From positions 1 through 37,778 of IMG/VR virus record IMGVR_UViG_3300045988_141999: DNA of 37,778 nt. One strand, given 5' to 3'. Within the stretch, counting starts at the first letter, position 1. Each line of letters opens with the position of its first letter. This document shows positions 1 to 8,723 of this stretch, one piece after another. Origin of the DNA: a virus. The notes below the pieces were generated by a model, which saw only the letters and a program-made list of their open reading frames with translations, had not been told where the DNA came from and ran no database searches. The position numbers were made by a program, and so were the translations under genes.

Positions 1-55
1 TGCTTATCGGCGTTCCGAACTCGCGCTCGAAGTCCTCGCAGACCTCCGCGATTGG
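1..55. repeat. 55-bp direct terminal repeat (1-55 identical to 37724-37778); circular-assembly overlap
   Basis: Exact identity of the first and last 55 nt read directly. The minus-strand HNH ORF stays in frame across the junction. Confidence 0.9.
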
Positions 56-149
56 GCGCCCGCCCGCGTGCGCAAGCATCCACTCGCGCTGTGTCGGCAG
101 GTTGCTCCACCTGTACGGCACCGTCTCGGGGTTTCGCCTGCCCTTCAAG

Positions 150-386
150 TCACTCGCCGCCCGTGAGCATGCGCGGCAGGTGCGTGCTGGCGTCCATCGC
201 AGAATCGCGGAATTTCATCGCGTCAACCACGGTGTTCGCGTTGCTGATGATGGTCCCCGCGATGCCGCACATGGCCTTGCTCCGCCTTATCTCGTCCTCC
301 AGCTCCTCCGCGCTCGCATCGTTTATCCTCTCCAGTTGCTCGAAAAGCGTATCGCTCAGGTCGAGCAGGGTGTTCTTGACCGCCAT
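150..386 (-). CDS. hypothetical protein (78 aa)
   Basis: ORF with balanced amino-acid composition in the minus-strand gene train. Its start lies immediately after the stop of 387..737. Confidence 0.55.
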   Translation of the reverse strand: MAVKNTLLDLSDTLFEQLERINDASAEELEDEIRRSKAMCGIAGTIISNANTVVDAMKFRDSAMDASTHLPRMLTGGE

Positions 387-737
387 TTACAATCTCTCCC
401 ATCTCGTGCAAGTGTCTATCTGCATGTCCACGCGGGCGTCCTCTATGTAGTCCACGACACCCAGCCACGAGTCGAAGTCCTGCGGCTCGCTCTTTAGCTT
501 CACGTCGCACAGGCCCATGTCGCAGCACTCCTCCAGGCAGTGGCGGCACCACATGCAAACGCGGTCGCGGTCGGGCTCGCCGTGCGCCGCGTCCACCTGC
601 TCGCCCGTGCAGTTGTCGGGCAAATTGAAATCGCCCATCTTCCTCCTCTCCGCGCGGCACCCGTCGCACAGCCGACTCCACGGCGCTCCGTGGTAGAGCT
701 GCCCGCAGGCCGCGCATCTTCTCGCCCTATGCGGCAT
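387..737 (-). CDS. Cys-rich putative zinc-binding protein (116 aa)
   Basis: Multiple CxxC pairs (CAACG, CDGC, CMWCRHC). Tightly coupled to its neighbours. Confidence 0.6.
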   Translation of the reverse strand: MPHRARRCAACGQLYHGAPWSRLCDGCRAERRKMGDFNLPDNCTGEQVDAAHGEPDRDRVCMWCRHCLEECCDMGLCDVKLKSEPQDFDSWLGVVDYIEDARVDMQIDTCTRWERL

Positions 738-749
738 CGGCCCACCCGC

Positions 750-1019
750 TCACTTCTTCGACGCGAGCGCCGCGCCCTCGGCGAAGCCCTCCGCGTAGAT
801 CGCGTCGCGCTCGCCCTGCGTCAGCCTGCGGCCCGCCTCGACCCCGCTGGCGTACCCGGCCTTGCGGCCGCGCTCGAACGCCTTGTGGCACTCCACCTTC
901 AATTGGCGGCGGTTGTCCTCGATTCGCTCGCGCTCGGCCAGGTCGATGGCGCGCCTGTGCGCGTTCAGGTCGTTCATCAGCTCTTCCAGGCTCTCGGCGA
1001 TTATCTGCGGCGCGCCCAT
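750..1019 (-). CDS. hypothetical protein (about 89 aa, start at MGAPQIIAES...)
   Basis: Protein-like C-terminal two thirds of the track ORF 750..1220. The upstream part is Arg/Pro-rich junk. ATG at 1017-1019 overlaps the stop of a small upstream ORF. Confidence 0.65.
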   Translation of the reverse strand: MGAPQIIAESLEELMNDLNAHRRAIDLAERERIEDNRRQLKVECHKAFERGRKAGYASGVEAGRRLTQGERDAIYAEGFAEGAALASKK

Positions 1020-1138
1020 CAGAGGCCCCCGAGCACTCGGAAGCAGACGAGCAGGACGAGCAGCGCCCCGCCGATGAAGAGGATCGCGGTGACCGCCGCC
1101 GCGATGAGGAAGACGATCCGGTCTTTGAGGTCGCTCAC
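1019..1138 (-). CDS. small hydrophobic membrane peptide (39 aa, GTG start)
   Basis: VSDLKDRIVFLIAAAVTAILFIGGALLVLLVCFRVLGGL. GGGGG RBS upstream. Stop overlaps the next ATG (ATGA). Confidence 0.35.
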   Translation of the reverse strand: MSDLKDRIVFLIAAAVTAILFIGGALLVLLVCFRVLGGL

Positions 1139-1434
1139 AGTTCCGCCCCCTTAAATCGGTCCGCGAGCGCGTCCAACTCGGCGTGAATCTCGTTGAGGCG
1201 CGCGAGGACGCCTCGCGCATCGCCGCACTCCACCGCGTCGGCCTCCGAGAAGCCGATGACGCGGCGAATGGCCGCCGTCAGGTCGTTCGGGTAGCAGTCG
1301 AGCGGTTTGAGCGCCCTTCCGTCCGTCGATTCGCGGTACTTGCTCCTCGAGTTGTCGAAACCCTCCGGCATGACCCTGTAGAGCTGATAGCACCATTGGT
1401 TCGAGCGCATGATCTCGTAATCTCCGAAGCGCAT
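1135..1434 (-). CDS. hypothetical protein (99 aa, start MRFGDYEIM...)
   Basis: AAAGGAG RBS 8 nt upstream of the ATG at 1432-1434. The track ORF extends further 5' with no RBS. Confidence 0.75.
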   Translation of the reverse strand: MRFGDYEIMRSNQWCYQLYRVMPEGFDNSRSKYRESTDGRALKPLDCYPNDLTAAIRRVIGFSEADAVECGDARGVLARLNEIHAELDALADRFKGAEL

Positions 1435-1558
1435 GCCAGCTGCTCCTTTCTGATTCGGTTGTATTTGCTGTTTTAAGGGGTCGAGACGGCGATACAGGCC
1501 TTTTGGGCGCACCGCCCTAGCAAGTAGGCCCGCACGGCCCTCCGACCCTCCACGATTC

Positions 1559-1765
1559 TCAGCCGAGCTTCACGCCCGTCCGCTTGTCCTGCATCGTGAC
1601 GGTCACGTACACGCCGTCGTGCTTGGCGAGCGCGTAGAAGATGCGCCGCAGCCCGAGCATGCGGTCCATCGCCGCCTCCTCGTCCTGGGTGCGCGCGACC
1701 GCGCGGTAGGCGGTGGGGTCGGGTGAGCCGCTCGAGTTGCGGTAGCCCGTGGGGTCCTCGTACAT
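1559..1765 (-). CDS. hypothetical protein (68 aa)
   Basis: AAAGGAGG RBS upstream. Shares a conserved ACAACCGAATCA 5'-UTR motif with the 1135..1434 gene. Confidence 0.7.
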   Translation of the reverse strand: MYEDPTGYRNSSGSPDPTAYRAVARTQDEEAAMDRMLGLRRIFYALAKHDGVYVTVTMQDKRTGVKLG

Positions 1766-1804
1766 GGGGCCTCCTTTTGATTCGGTTGTTAATTTATTGG
1801 TTGG

Positions 1805-2035
1805 CTAAACCTGCTTCTCCGCCTTGAGCTTCCCCCAGACGGTTGTCGGGGTGCCCTTGCAGCCGCAGCTTGTCGTGTTTCCGGCGCGGAGATTCCCGCC
1901 CTGCACGATGACGCGCCCTCCGCAGTCGCATTCGCACAGCCAATACGCGCCCGATCGGTGCCCCTTCGGGTGTGCGCGCTTGATGACGGTCAGCTTTCCG
2001 TATCGGTTACCGGTTTCATCAATCGCCTTCGGCAT
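1805..2035 (-). CDS. phage-associated zinc-ribbon protein (RYGKLTV ... WxCxCDCG ... SCGC motif)
   Basis: Conserved small Cys4 protein pattern that recurs in phage genomes. GAAGGGG RBS. Confidence 0.7.
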   Translation of the reverse strand: MPKAIDETGNRYGKLTVIKRAHPKGHRSGAYWLCECDCGGRVIVQGGNLRAGNTTSCGCKGTPTTVWGKLKAEKQV

Positions 2036-2039
2036 ATGA

Positions 2040-2340
2040 ACGCCCCTTCGGTTCTATTGTGGTCTTGTCGGGCGTAACGCACGTAACGCTTCTCGCGCGC
2101 GCGATATATATCCTCTATATCTCTTAGAGAATAGGTATTGGAGCCAAAATCAAACGTTACAGCGTTACAACATGCTTTTACCTGCTGTTTTGCTGTAACG
2201 TTTGGCTTTTCGTGTAACGTTACAAAGCGCCTTCATCCGTTACAATCACGAAGCTTCGCGACACTTTTCCGCTCTGTTCGGACCTTTTCGCCTTGATTCC
2301 GAGAGTTTGTAACGTTTCGAACGTTTCAAACGTTACAGAT
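2040..2340. promoter_or_regulatory. origin-of-replication-like region: about 10 GTAACG/CGTTAC iterons in both orientations plus an alternating (CG)5(AT)4 AT-rich melt region
   Basis: Hexamer copies near 2075, 2084, 2154, 2162, 2194, the palindrome GTAACGTTAC at 2213-2222, then 2237, 2308, 2319, 2330. The tract cgcgcgcgcgatatatat sits at about 2092-2112. The array overlaps and lies just 3' of the primase/helicase gene. Confidence 0.55.
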
Positions 2341-4430
2341 TCCTTGACCCTCGTGGTCCATGTCCTACGTGCGAACGGGTTGCGCTCGCCGCTGTCGTAG
2401 CACCACTGCCTGTACTCGTCGTACACGTCCGCGACGATGCGCCCGACAAGGTCCTCGCCGGTGATCCCGCAGTCGAAAAGCCAGCGGACCACGCTGTCGT
2501 TGTCCTGCCTGACCTCCTCTATCTCCTCCACCATGTCCTTGATGGGCGTGAGGCCGCCGCGCTCTATCAGCTCGCCAAGCGCGAGCAGCCCGAGCGCCGC
2601 GCCGCGCTTGAGCACCTCGGGTTTCGCAAGCTTCGCCGCCATGTTCGGGTCGTAGCCCGGAAGCCCCGGCGCGAACCTGTTGCGGAACGGGATGAAGGCC
2701 AGTCGGCGAAAGATGCCGTCCGTCGTATCCGACAGGCGCGGCACCGCGTTCATGGAGAAGACCATCGAGGCCGTGGGCCTGAACTCGTAGCCGTCGCCGT
2801 TCTTCACGTCGGTGTAGATAGCGTCGCCCGTCACGAGCTTCTTGAACATCGACAGCTCGTCGCCCTTGAGGAACCCGTCAGGGATGTCGTCGCCGAGGTT
2901 CGCGAGCTTGCCGACCACGCGCCCCGCCTGGAAGCGCTGGCCCAGCGTCGCGATGTCGAGCGATGACACGTTCTCCGTCCCGAGGATTTGGCGCAGCCAG
3001 TTGAGGTACGTCGACTTGCCGTTGCTCGCCTTGCCGCTCGCGCCGCCCGCCCTGCCTATGAGCATCGGCGATTGGCTGAGCACGCGTTTCGAGCACATGC
3101 AGGCCCCCATGACCTCCTTGAGCGCCGCCACCACGTCGGCGTCACCGCCCGCGATGCTGTCGAGGAAGGCGTCGGCCTCGTTCGGTCCGATGGTGAAGTC
3201 GAGCTCCACCGGCAACTTGTTCGTGATGTACATGCTCGGCTTAGGCTCGACCTCGCGCCAGTCCATCACGTCGAACGTGCAATTCGCGAACTGCACGTAG
3301 TGCCGCCCGTCGAAGCTGTTGTCCGCCGAGACGTGCGGGGCCTTGTCCATGATGTAGCTCATGACCTCGGACTTATCCGCCTTCTTGGCGTTGTCCGCGA
3401 TCTCGAGGCAGCACTTGCCGATCGCGTGCGAGCCGAACTCCCAGTGCTCGCCAGTCCAAACGGCGGGCGCGCCGTCGATGATGCGCGCGAGGTTGCGGTC
3501 CATGACCATGCGGGCGAGGACGTTGGAGTTCAGTCCGCCGCGCGAGCCGTGGAGCGGCCCGTGCCTCGATTCGAGTTCCGCGATGTCGGCAGCGGTGATG
3601 CCGCCGTTCCTCGCATCGCGCTCGGCGTTGCCCGGCTCCTTGCTGTTGATGGAGCCTATGAGCTTCTCCACCTCGTCTGCGGGGAGCGGGGGGCGGCAAA
3701 TCGTCGCGTTGAGCGAGCGAATGAGCGTCGCAACCTCGTCGTGTCCCGTGCCGCGCGAGAGGAACGAGCGGCCGAGCGAGAAAAGCGTCTCGTTGCGATT
3801 CTCGGTTATCTCGGACGGTATGCCCGTCTTCTCTGAGTTCCAGCCGTCAGAGCGCTTCTTGGTCTTGGACACAGCGCGGATGAAGTCGTACACCTTGTCA
3901 TCGGCGTCGGCCACGTCCATGTCATCGGGACTAATCGACCACTCGTAACAATCGCCGCAAGGGTGGAGCGACGGCGGAAGCACGACGTACCCGCCGTTTC
4001 CGCGCACGTCCACGCCGATCTCCCCGTTCGCGGAGTTGCGTATGTCCTGACCCGCGCGGTAGAACAGCTGCTTTCCGCCGCTGCCAGTTATCTGCGTCCA
4101 CGTCTCTGGGAGCTTGCCGTGCTCCACCTCCCAATCGCGGAGGAAGTGGAGTCCGTTCGCCTCGTCGCTGTGGCAGTCGAGGTCGATCGCGATGATCCCG
4201 CCCGACACCTGGCCGCAAGCCATGCCGATGTTGTAGGACGGGTTGCCGCGCTTGCCCGCGTGCTCGCCCTGTCCCCACCACACGTCGATTTGGCCGGGGT
4301 TGTCCGTCCAGTCGTTGAGGCCGCTCTTGGTGACCGGTTCCTTCTTGCCGACGCCGAGGGGGATGATTGCCAACCCCCTTTCCACGTAATCGTGCGCCGC
4401 CTCGGCCAGCGGCGATGAATAATCAGTCAT
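2220..4430 (-). CDS. bifunctional primase-polymerase (Prim-Pol N-terminus) fused to a D5/P4-type SF3 helicase
   Basis: N-terminal LAIIPL...K.P motif and the acidic triad of Prim-Pol. C-terminal Walker A GRAGGASGKAS NGKS typical of phage P4/D5-family primase-helicases. 736 aa. Confidence 0.9.
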   Translation of the reverse strand: MTDYSSPLAEAAHDYVERGLAIIPLGVGKKEPVTKSGLNDWTDNPGQIDVWWGQGEHAGKRGNPSYNIGMACGQVSGGIIAIDLDCHSDEANGLHFLRDWEVEHGKLPETWTQITGSGGKQLFYRAGQDIRNSANGEIGVDVRGNGGYVVLPPSLHPCGDCYEWSISPDDMDVADADDKVYDFIRAVSKTKKRSDGWNSEKTGIPSEITENRNETLFSLGRSFLSRGTGHDEVATLIRSLNATICRPPLPADEVEKLIGSINSKEPGNAERDARNGGITAADIAELESRHGPLHGSRGGLNSNVLARMVMDRNLARIIDGAPAVWTGEHWEFGSHAIGKCCLEIADNAKKADKSEVMSYIMDKAPHVSADNSFDGRHYVQFANCTFDVMDWREVEPKPSMYITNKLPVELDFTIGPNEADAFLDSIAGGDADVVAALKEVMGACMCSKRVLSQSPMLIGRAGGASGKASNGKSTYLNWLRQILGTENVSSLDIATLGQRFQAGRVVGKLANLGDDIPDGFLKGDELSMFKKLVTGDAIYTDVKNGDGYEFRPTASMVFSMNAVPRLSDTTDGIFRRLAFIPFRNRFAPGLPGYDPNMAAKLAKPEVLKRGAALGLLALGELIERGGLTPIKDMVEEIEEVRQDNDSVVRWLFDCGITGEDLVGRIVADVYDEYRQWCYDSGERNPFARRTWTTRVKESVTFETFETLQTLGIKAKRSEQSGKVSRSFVIVTDEGAL

Positions 4431-4935
4431 ATGGGATTCCCATCATGTCGCAGATGATCTGCGCGGATTTGGATTTGGAGCAGAACACGAACTTGGCCCC
4501 GTGGTTCTCCTCGAGCTTGTCGAGAATCTTTGCGAGCCTCGCGCCGTGCATCGGCGTGTACTTGCGCGTCGCGCACCTGTCGCCGCCGTTCGGGTCGCAC
4601 TTGCGGCATTTGCGGCAGACGTAACCAGACCAATGACGCAGGTTCTCACGGTCGTTGTACTCGGGGTGCTGCTCGATGAGAACGACGAGGCGGCAGCCAG
4701 AAGCCGCCGCCCTGTCTATCTCGCGCACGAAGCGCGCGTGGTCCTTGCCGCAGTCCATGGACAGCTCGTCAACGTCCTTCTTGGTGTCGATGAGGATGTT
4801 GCTCGGCGCGTAGGCGTAATCGCCCGCGTCGAGCTTAACAGCGACGGTCTCCACGCCGTGCTCCGCGAACCATCGGTTCTTCGCGTTGTGCTTGCCGAGC
4901 TGCTGCCGCGTGTCGATTCTCAGCGGCGCCGCCAT
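4423..4935 (-). CDS. ERCC4-type (XPF/Mus81/Hef-like) nuclease domain protein with C-terminal Cys cluster
   Basis: DTRQ ... GDYAY ... IDTKKDVDEL ... LVVLIE matches the ERCC4 signature (GDY ... ERKx3D). Confidence 0.75.
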   Translation of the reverse strand: MAAPLRIDTRQQLGKHNAKNRWFAEHGVETVAVKLDAGDYAYAPSNILIDTKKDVDELSMDCGKDHARFVREIDRAAASGCRLVVLIEQHPEYNDRENLRHWSGYVCRKCRKCDPNGGDRCATRKYTPMHGARLAKILDKLEENHGAKFVFCSKSKSAQIICDMMGIPYD

Positions 4936-5561
4936 TACATGAACGGCACGTCGCCGGTGTACACGTCGGCCACGGGCGCGGCGGCGGTCGGCTTGCGCCA
5001 GCCGTTGTCCTCATAGGCGTCGATGGTGCGGCCTGACTCGCCCGCCCGCTCCATGGCCTTGCGCTTCTCATCGTCCTTGAGCATGCGCGGCTTGGGAGTC
5101 TCCACCCCCTCCACCTCGGCCGTGGAGATGAGGCGGTCGGGGCGCGGGTTGCCGAGCTTGAACTCGCCCGACTTCTTGTCGTAGTACTCCTCCTCGCGGA
5201 AGGTGCAGCCCACGACCTTGCCGACGAGCATCTGGTCCTGGCCGCCCATGATCGCGGCCTCGGCGTCGAACCCCGTGTTGGACTCGGTGAACATGCGTAG
5301 GTTGCGCTTGAGGTAACCGAGGTTGGCGTCCTTGTAGCTCAGAATGATGTGGTGGCTCCACGGCTTGTCGGCGTAGAACTTGTCGGAGAAATAACCCTCG
5401 AACTCGCCGACGCAGATGTCGAGCAGCACGTCCAGGTACTCGCGGTCCGCGTTGTCGATGACCTCGGTCACCTTGCAGGCGTACGCGCCGGGCTTGAGCT
5501 GGGGGAAGTCTCCGCCGCCCACGCTCTTCTCCTCGATGTTGTTCAGGTTAATGGGCTTCAT
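4935..5561 (-). CDS. DUF669-like phage protein (Sak4 partner, putative ssDNA-binding)
   Basis: Start at MKPINLNN with AAGGAG RBS. The track ORF has an unsupported N-terminal extension. Sits next to a Sak4-like ATPase, as DUF669 proteins usually do. Confidence 0.6.
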   Translation of the reverse strand: MKPINLNNIEEKSVGGGDFPQLKPGAYACKVTEVIDNADREYLDVLLDICVGEFEGYFSDKFYADKPWSHHIILSYKDANLGYLKRNLRMFTESNTGFDAEAAIMGGQDQMLVGKVVGCTFREEEYYDKKSGEFKLGNPRPDRLISTAEVEGVETPKPRMLKDDEKRKAMERAGESGRTIDAYEDNGWRKPTAAAPVADVYTGDVPFM

Positions 5562-5565
5562 TGTT

Positions 5566-6210
5566 CTACTCCTTCGTATCGGTGTTCTTGAGGGGCTTGA
5601 GGCCCCAGTATTCGCGTATGAGCGCATCTGCCTTTTTGAGGTCGTTGGGGATTTCCTGAGGAAACATCCCCGGTGGAGATTTGAACGGCTGCCCGTTCGT
5701 GATGAATCTGTATTTGCCGCCCTGGCTTGATGCCATCAGAACGATTGTGAACATGCCGACGAGCTTTACTTTTTCATTGAGCATCTTTCCGACGGTGGCA
5801 GGTTCGATTACTCCCGAAGCGTCGCGCTCGATGTGCATGGTCAGGTAGACGATTCGGTCATCCTGCCCGTCCTCGTTAAGGGCGTTGACGAGGTTGTAGA
5901 CCTCGGCACCGATGATCTTGTAGACCTCGTACTGGTCACGGATTTTCTCGTCACCGTATGTGTACCTCACGTAGATTTCCGTTATGAGATAACCGAAGTC
6001 ATCTACGACCATCGCCTTGTACTTGCTAGTTCCGAGAAGCCACTTTCTCACCTCATCGATGTCGCGCGACTTCGCAACCTTAAGTTTGTTTTTAAAAGGT
6101 AGCGGCTTCGCCACGGTCTGAATCACGCCGATCTCGTCTTCCGCGAACTCGCGCATGCTTGAAGACTTGCCGCTACCCGGCTCGCCGAGAATCAATACCG
6201 GGATACTCAT
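5566..6210 (-). CDS. Sak4-like RecA-fold ATPase (AAA_24 family)
   Basis: Start MSIPVLILGEPGSGKSS (Walker A) with AAAGGAGAGG RBS. Lower GC than the flanking genes. Confidence 0.85.
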   Translation of the reverse strand: MSIPVLILGEPGSGKSSSMREFAEDEIGVIQTVAKPLPFKNKLKVAKSRDIDEVRKWLLGTSKYKAMVVDDFGYLITEIYVRYTYGDEKIRDQYEVYKIIGAEVYNLVNALNEDGQDDRIVYLTMHIERDASGVIEPATVGKMLNEKVKLVGMFTIVLMASSQGGKYRFITNGQPFKSPPGMFPQEIPNDLKKADALIREYWGLKPLKNTDTKE

Positions 6211-6709
6211 TGAACCTCTCCTTTCTGTATCTAAAGATGAACCCGTTGCAGGTTGTGCCTTCGTTTTTGAGAACACGGCAGATTTGCGATTTATCCAGCC
6301 CGAGCAGCTCGGCGGCGGTTGCGCCCCCGGCAAACGTTGCGAGGTAATCGCCCTCCACGCTGAACATGTCTATAGGCTTCTGCCTCTTCCATTTGCTGTG
6401 CTCGTTGTTGACGTGAGCAGATACCCATTCGAGGTTCCCGACGGTGTTGTCTGTCTTGATTTCATTGATATGGTTGACCTCTGGCAAGTTGCACGGATTG
6501 TCGATGAACGACATGGCGACCAGCCTATGGACTGACACAGTCTTCGGCCCGCTAGGTAGATGCAGGATTATGCACTCGTATCCAGTTGACGAGTTGAGTT
6601 TCGTCTTGAGGACGCGAGTATGGCCCTTCTTCCTGCTTCTAATCCTTCCGATCGTGCTCGCCTGATACATGCCGTCAGTACCCGGGACGTCAGCCCATTC
6701 CTCATTCAT
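6173..6709 (-). CDS. HNH homing endonuclease (NUMOD4 + HNH_3 + C-terminal HTH)
   Basis: WADVPGTDGMYQASTIGRIRS (NUMOD4). HRLVAMSFIDNP...VNHINEIKTDN...NLEWVSAHVN (HNH_3). Overlaps the 5' end of the Sak4 gene by 38 nt. Low GC. Confidence 0.9.
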   Translation of the reverse strand: MNEEWADVPGTDGMYQASTIGRIRSRKKGHTRVLKTKLNSSTGYECIILHLPSGPKTVSVHRLVAMSFIDNPCNLPEVNHINEIKTDNTVGNLEWVSAHVNNEHSKWKRQKPIDMFSVEGDYLATFAGGATAAELLGLDKSQICRVLKNEGTTCNGFIFRYRKERFNEYPGIDSRRAG

Positions 6710-6911
6710 CGCAACCCTTATCGATATTCCAGTCCATGACGGGAACCGTGCCGCCGAGTCGCTTTATCTCGAGCTTCAGGCGATTGATGGTCTCGCCGTC
6801 CATGTCGCGGCGCGCCTTGCACTCCACGAGGTCGCGGTACTCTGCGAGCGTGACGGTCACGGTGAGCGTGCCGTCCGGCGCGTAGTTGTAGGAGCCGGTT
6901 ATCTTCTCCAC
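6702..6911 (-). CDS. hypothetical protein (69 aa)
   Basis: ORF in the gene train with protein-like composition. Confidence 0.55.
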   Translation of the reverse strand: MEKITGSYNYAPDGTLTVTVTLAEYRDLVECKARRDMDGETINRLKLEIKRLGGTVPVMDWNIDKGCDE

Positions 6912-7427
6912 CTACTCCACCTCCCCGCCGAGCAGACCCGCGACCGCAGACGGAAGCTCCCCAGCCATAGCGCGGGCCACCTTCATGCCGTCGACCTTGA
7001 GCATCGTGCCCTTGTAGTGCTTCGGCTCGTTTACCTCCACCATGGCGCAGCCGTCCGGCAGGAAGCCGTAGTCCATGGCGGCGTTGACGATGGCCTCTTG
7101 CAGCTTGATGCCGCAGATGACGGTCATGAGCACGTCGCCGCCCTCGTCGGTCTCGCGCAGCCACTTGACGAGTTTCTTGGTGTCGGTCACGCGCATCTCC
7201 ACGCCCTGTTTCGGCTTGGTGAAGGTCAGCGACAGCGTTCCGACCTCCTGCTCATGCAGCTTGAGCTTCACGCGGTCGGCGCCCGCGGTCTCGTACAGCG
7301 CGACCATGCTCTCGTCGATCTCGGTGCGGAGGTTCGAGCCGCCCTTGGGCCGCGTCGTTATCCGGTCGTTCGCCGCGTCGGCGATGGCCTTCCACAGCGC
7401 GAGCTCCTGCATTTCAGTGAGTTGCAT
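6912..7427 (-). CDS. hypothetical protein (171 aa), possibly Gp157-like recombination-module protein
   Basis: Size and position next to the Sak4 module. No diagnostic motif seen. Confidence 0.65.
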   Translation of the reverse strand: MQLTEMQELALWKAIADAANDRITTRPKGGSNLRTEIDESMVALYETAGADRVKLKLHEQEVGTLSLTFTKPKQGVEMRVTDTKKLVKWLRETDEGGDVLMTVICGIKLQEAIVNAAMDYGFLPDGCAMVEVNEPKHYKGTMLKVDGMKVARAMAGELPSAVAGLLGGEVE

Positions 7428-7653
7428 CTAGCACCACCCCATGATCATCGAGATCTCGCACAGCAGGATCGGACCCGCCGTGATCGCGGCGAGGGCGACC
7501 TGCTCCCCGAGCGTCAGCGTCCGTCTCGGCGCGACGACTGCCACGCCCTGAACTCCCTCATCCACGATTCGTCCTCCGCGAGCCTGCGGAGTTCGTTCAC
7601 AATTGCCGCCGACAGCGGCGCCGCGACCGACGCGGCCGGTTTCATGTCGTACA
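7428..7653 (-). pseudogene. small ORF with an apparent internal -1 frame break
   Basis: An ATG-frame ORF at 7515..7653 (MKPAASVAAPLSAAIVNELRRLAEDESWMREF...) has high GC3. The distal 29 codons sit in the -1 frame and end in a coupled stop/start with the 6912..7427 gene. The track ORF 7428..7658 uses TTG and has low GC3 in its first half. Confidence 0.3.
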
Positions 7654-7736
7654 ATCAAGACGACCTCCTTTTACAACCTTTCGGATGGTCATTTGCCCTT
7701 GTGAGCGTTGCCGCGCTCATGAGGGCTCTTCTTTGC

Positions 7737-8723
7737 CTATTTGCCGACGATTGGCTGCGAACCCTCGGGCACAACGACGAGATTGCCGTTCTTGCCGATG
7801 CTCTTGAGCGCGTCGATGTAGCGCTGCTCGAGCACCTCGGGCGTGAGCGACTGGGTCATGATGGCGTTGGCGTCGGCCTCGCCCTGGGCCTCGATCTTCT
7901 TCGTCTCGGCCTCGACCTTCGCGGTCTCCTGCGCGTTCAGTGCCTTCTGCTTGGCCACCTCGGCGCTCTGGGCGTCGGCGTAGGCGCTCGTGATGGACTT
8001 CGCGTAGCGGATGTCCTGAACCTGCACCTGCTCCACGATGACGCCCTTCCCCTTCCACTGCTCGGCGAGAGCTGCCTGCACCGCGTCGGTGAACTTGGCG
8101 CGGTCGGTGAGGAGGGTCAGCGTGTCGTACTTGCCAGCCACCTCGCGGGCCGTGGCGCGCAGGTCGTTGGAGACGTAGTTCGTGACGAACGCCTCCTGCG
8201 TGCCGTACTCCGCGTAAAGGTCCTCCACCTTGTCGGCGTCGAGGCTGTAGATAACCTGGATGTCGATGTTGGCCTTGGTGCCGGAGGCGTCGTTGATCGA
8301 GACCTCGGCCCCCTCGTAGGAGCCGCCGTCGTAGGCGTACTTGGAGTCCTTGAAGAAATTGATCTGACGGTTGCGGATGTCCCAGCCGATCGAGTCCTGC
8401 CAAGGTGCCTTGAGGTGGAGTCCCGCCTCGGACGTGTGCCCGGCGATGGAGCCGCCGAAGTTGCGGAGCACGACGGCCTCGCCGATGTCCTGCGCGTAGA
8501 AGCTGCCGAGGGCGATGACGATGCCGCCGATGACGACGGGCACGATTCCGACCTTCGGGCTTATCAGGGCTGGCTTATCGGGCTTGCGGTAGCACTTGCC
8601 ATTCTCGTACCTGTCCAGCTCGCGCTCGTACGCCTCCTCCTCGCGCTTGTTGCGCTCGCGCAAAACGACGGCCGCGATGCCGCCCATGAGTCCGAGGCCC
8701 GCGCCGATGATGATTCGGATCAT
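7737..8723 (-). CDS. SPFH/Band-7 (HflC/stomatin-like) membrane protein
   Basis: Start MIRIIIGAGLGL with GAAAGGAGA RBS. Two TM helices, then an SPFH core, then a Glu/Ala/Lys-rich coiled coil. The track's N-terminal extension is junk. Confidence 0.8.
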   Translation of the reverse strand: MIRIIIGAGLGLMGGIAAVVLRERNKREEEAYERELDRYENGKCYRKPDKPALISPKVGIVPVVIGGIVIALGSFYAQDIGEAVVLRNFGGSIAGHTSEAGLHLKAPWQDSIGWDIRNRQINFFKDSKYAYDGGSYEGAEVSINDASGTKANIDIQVIYSLDADKVEDLYAEYGTQEAFVTNYVSNDLRATAREVAGKYDTLTLLTDRAKFTDAVQAALAEQWKGKGVIVEQVQVQDIRYAKSITSAYADAQSAEVAKQKALNAQETAKVEAETKKIEAQGEADANAIMTQSLTPEVLEQRYIDALKSIGKNGNLVVVPEGSQPIVGK

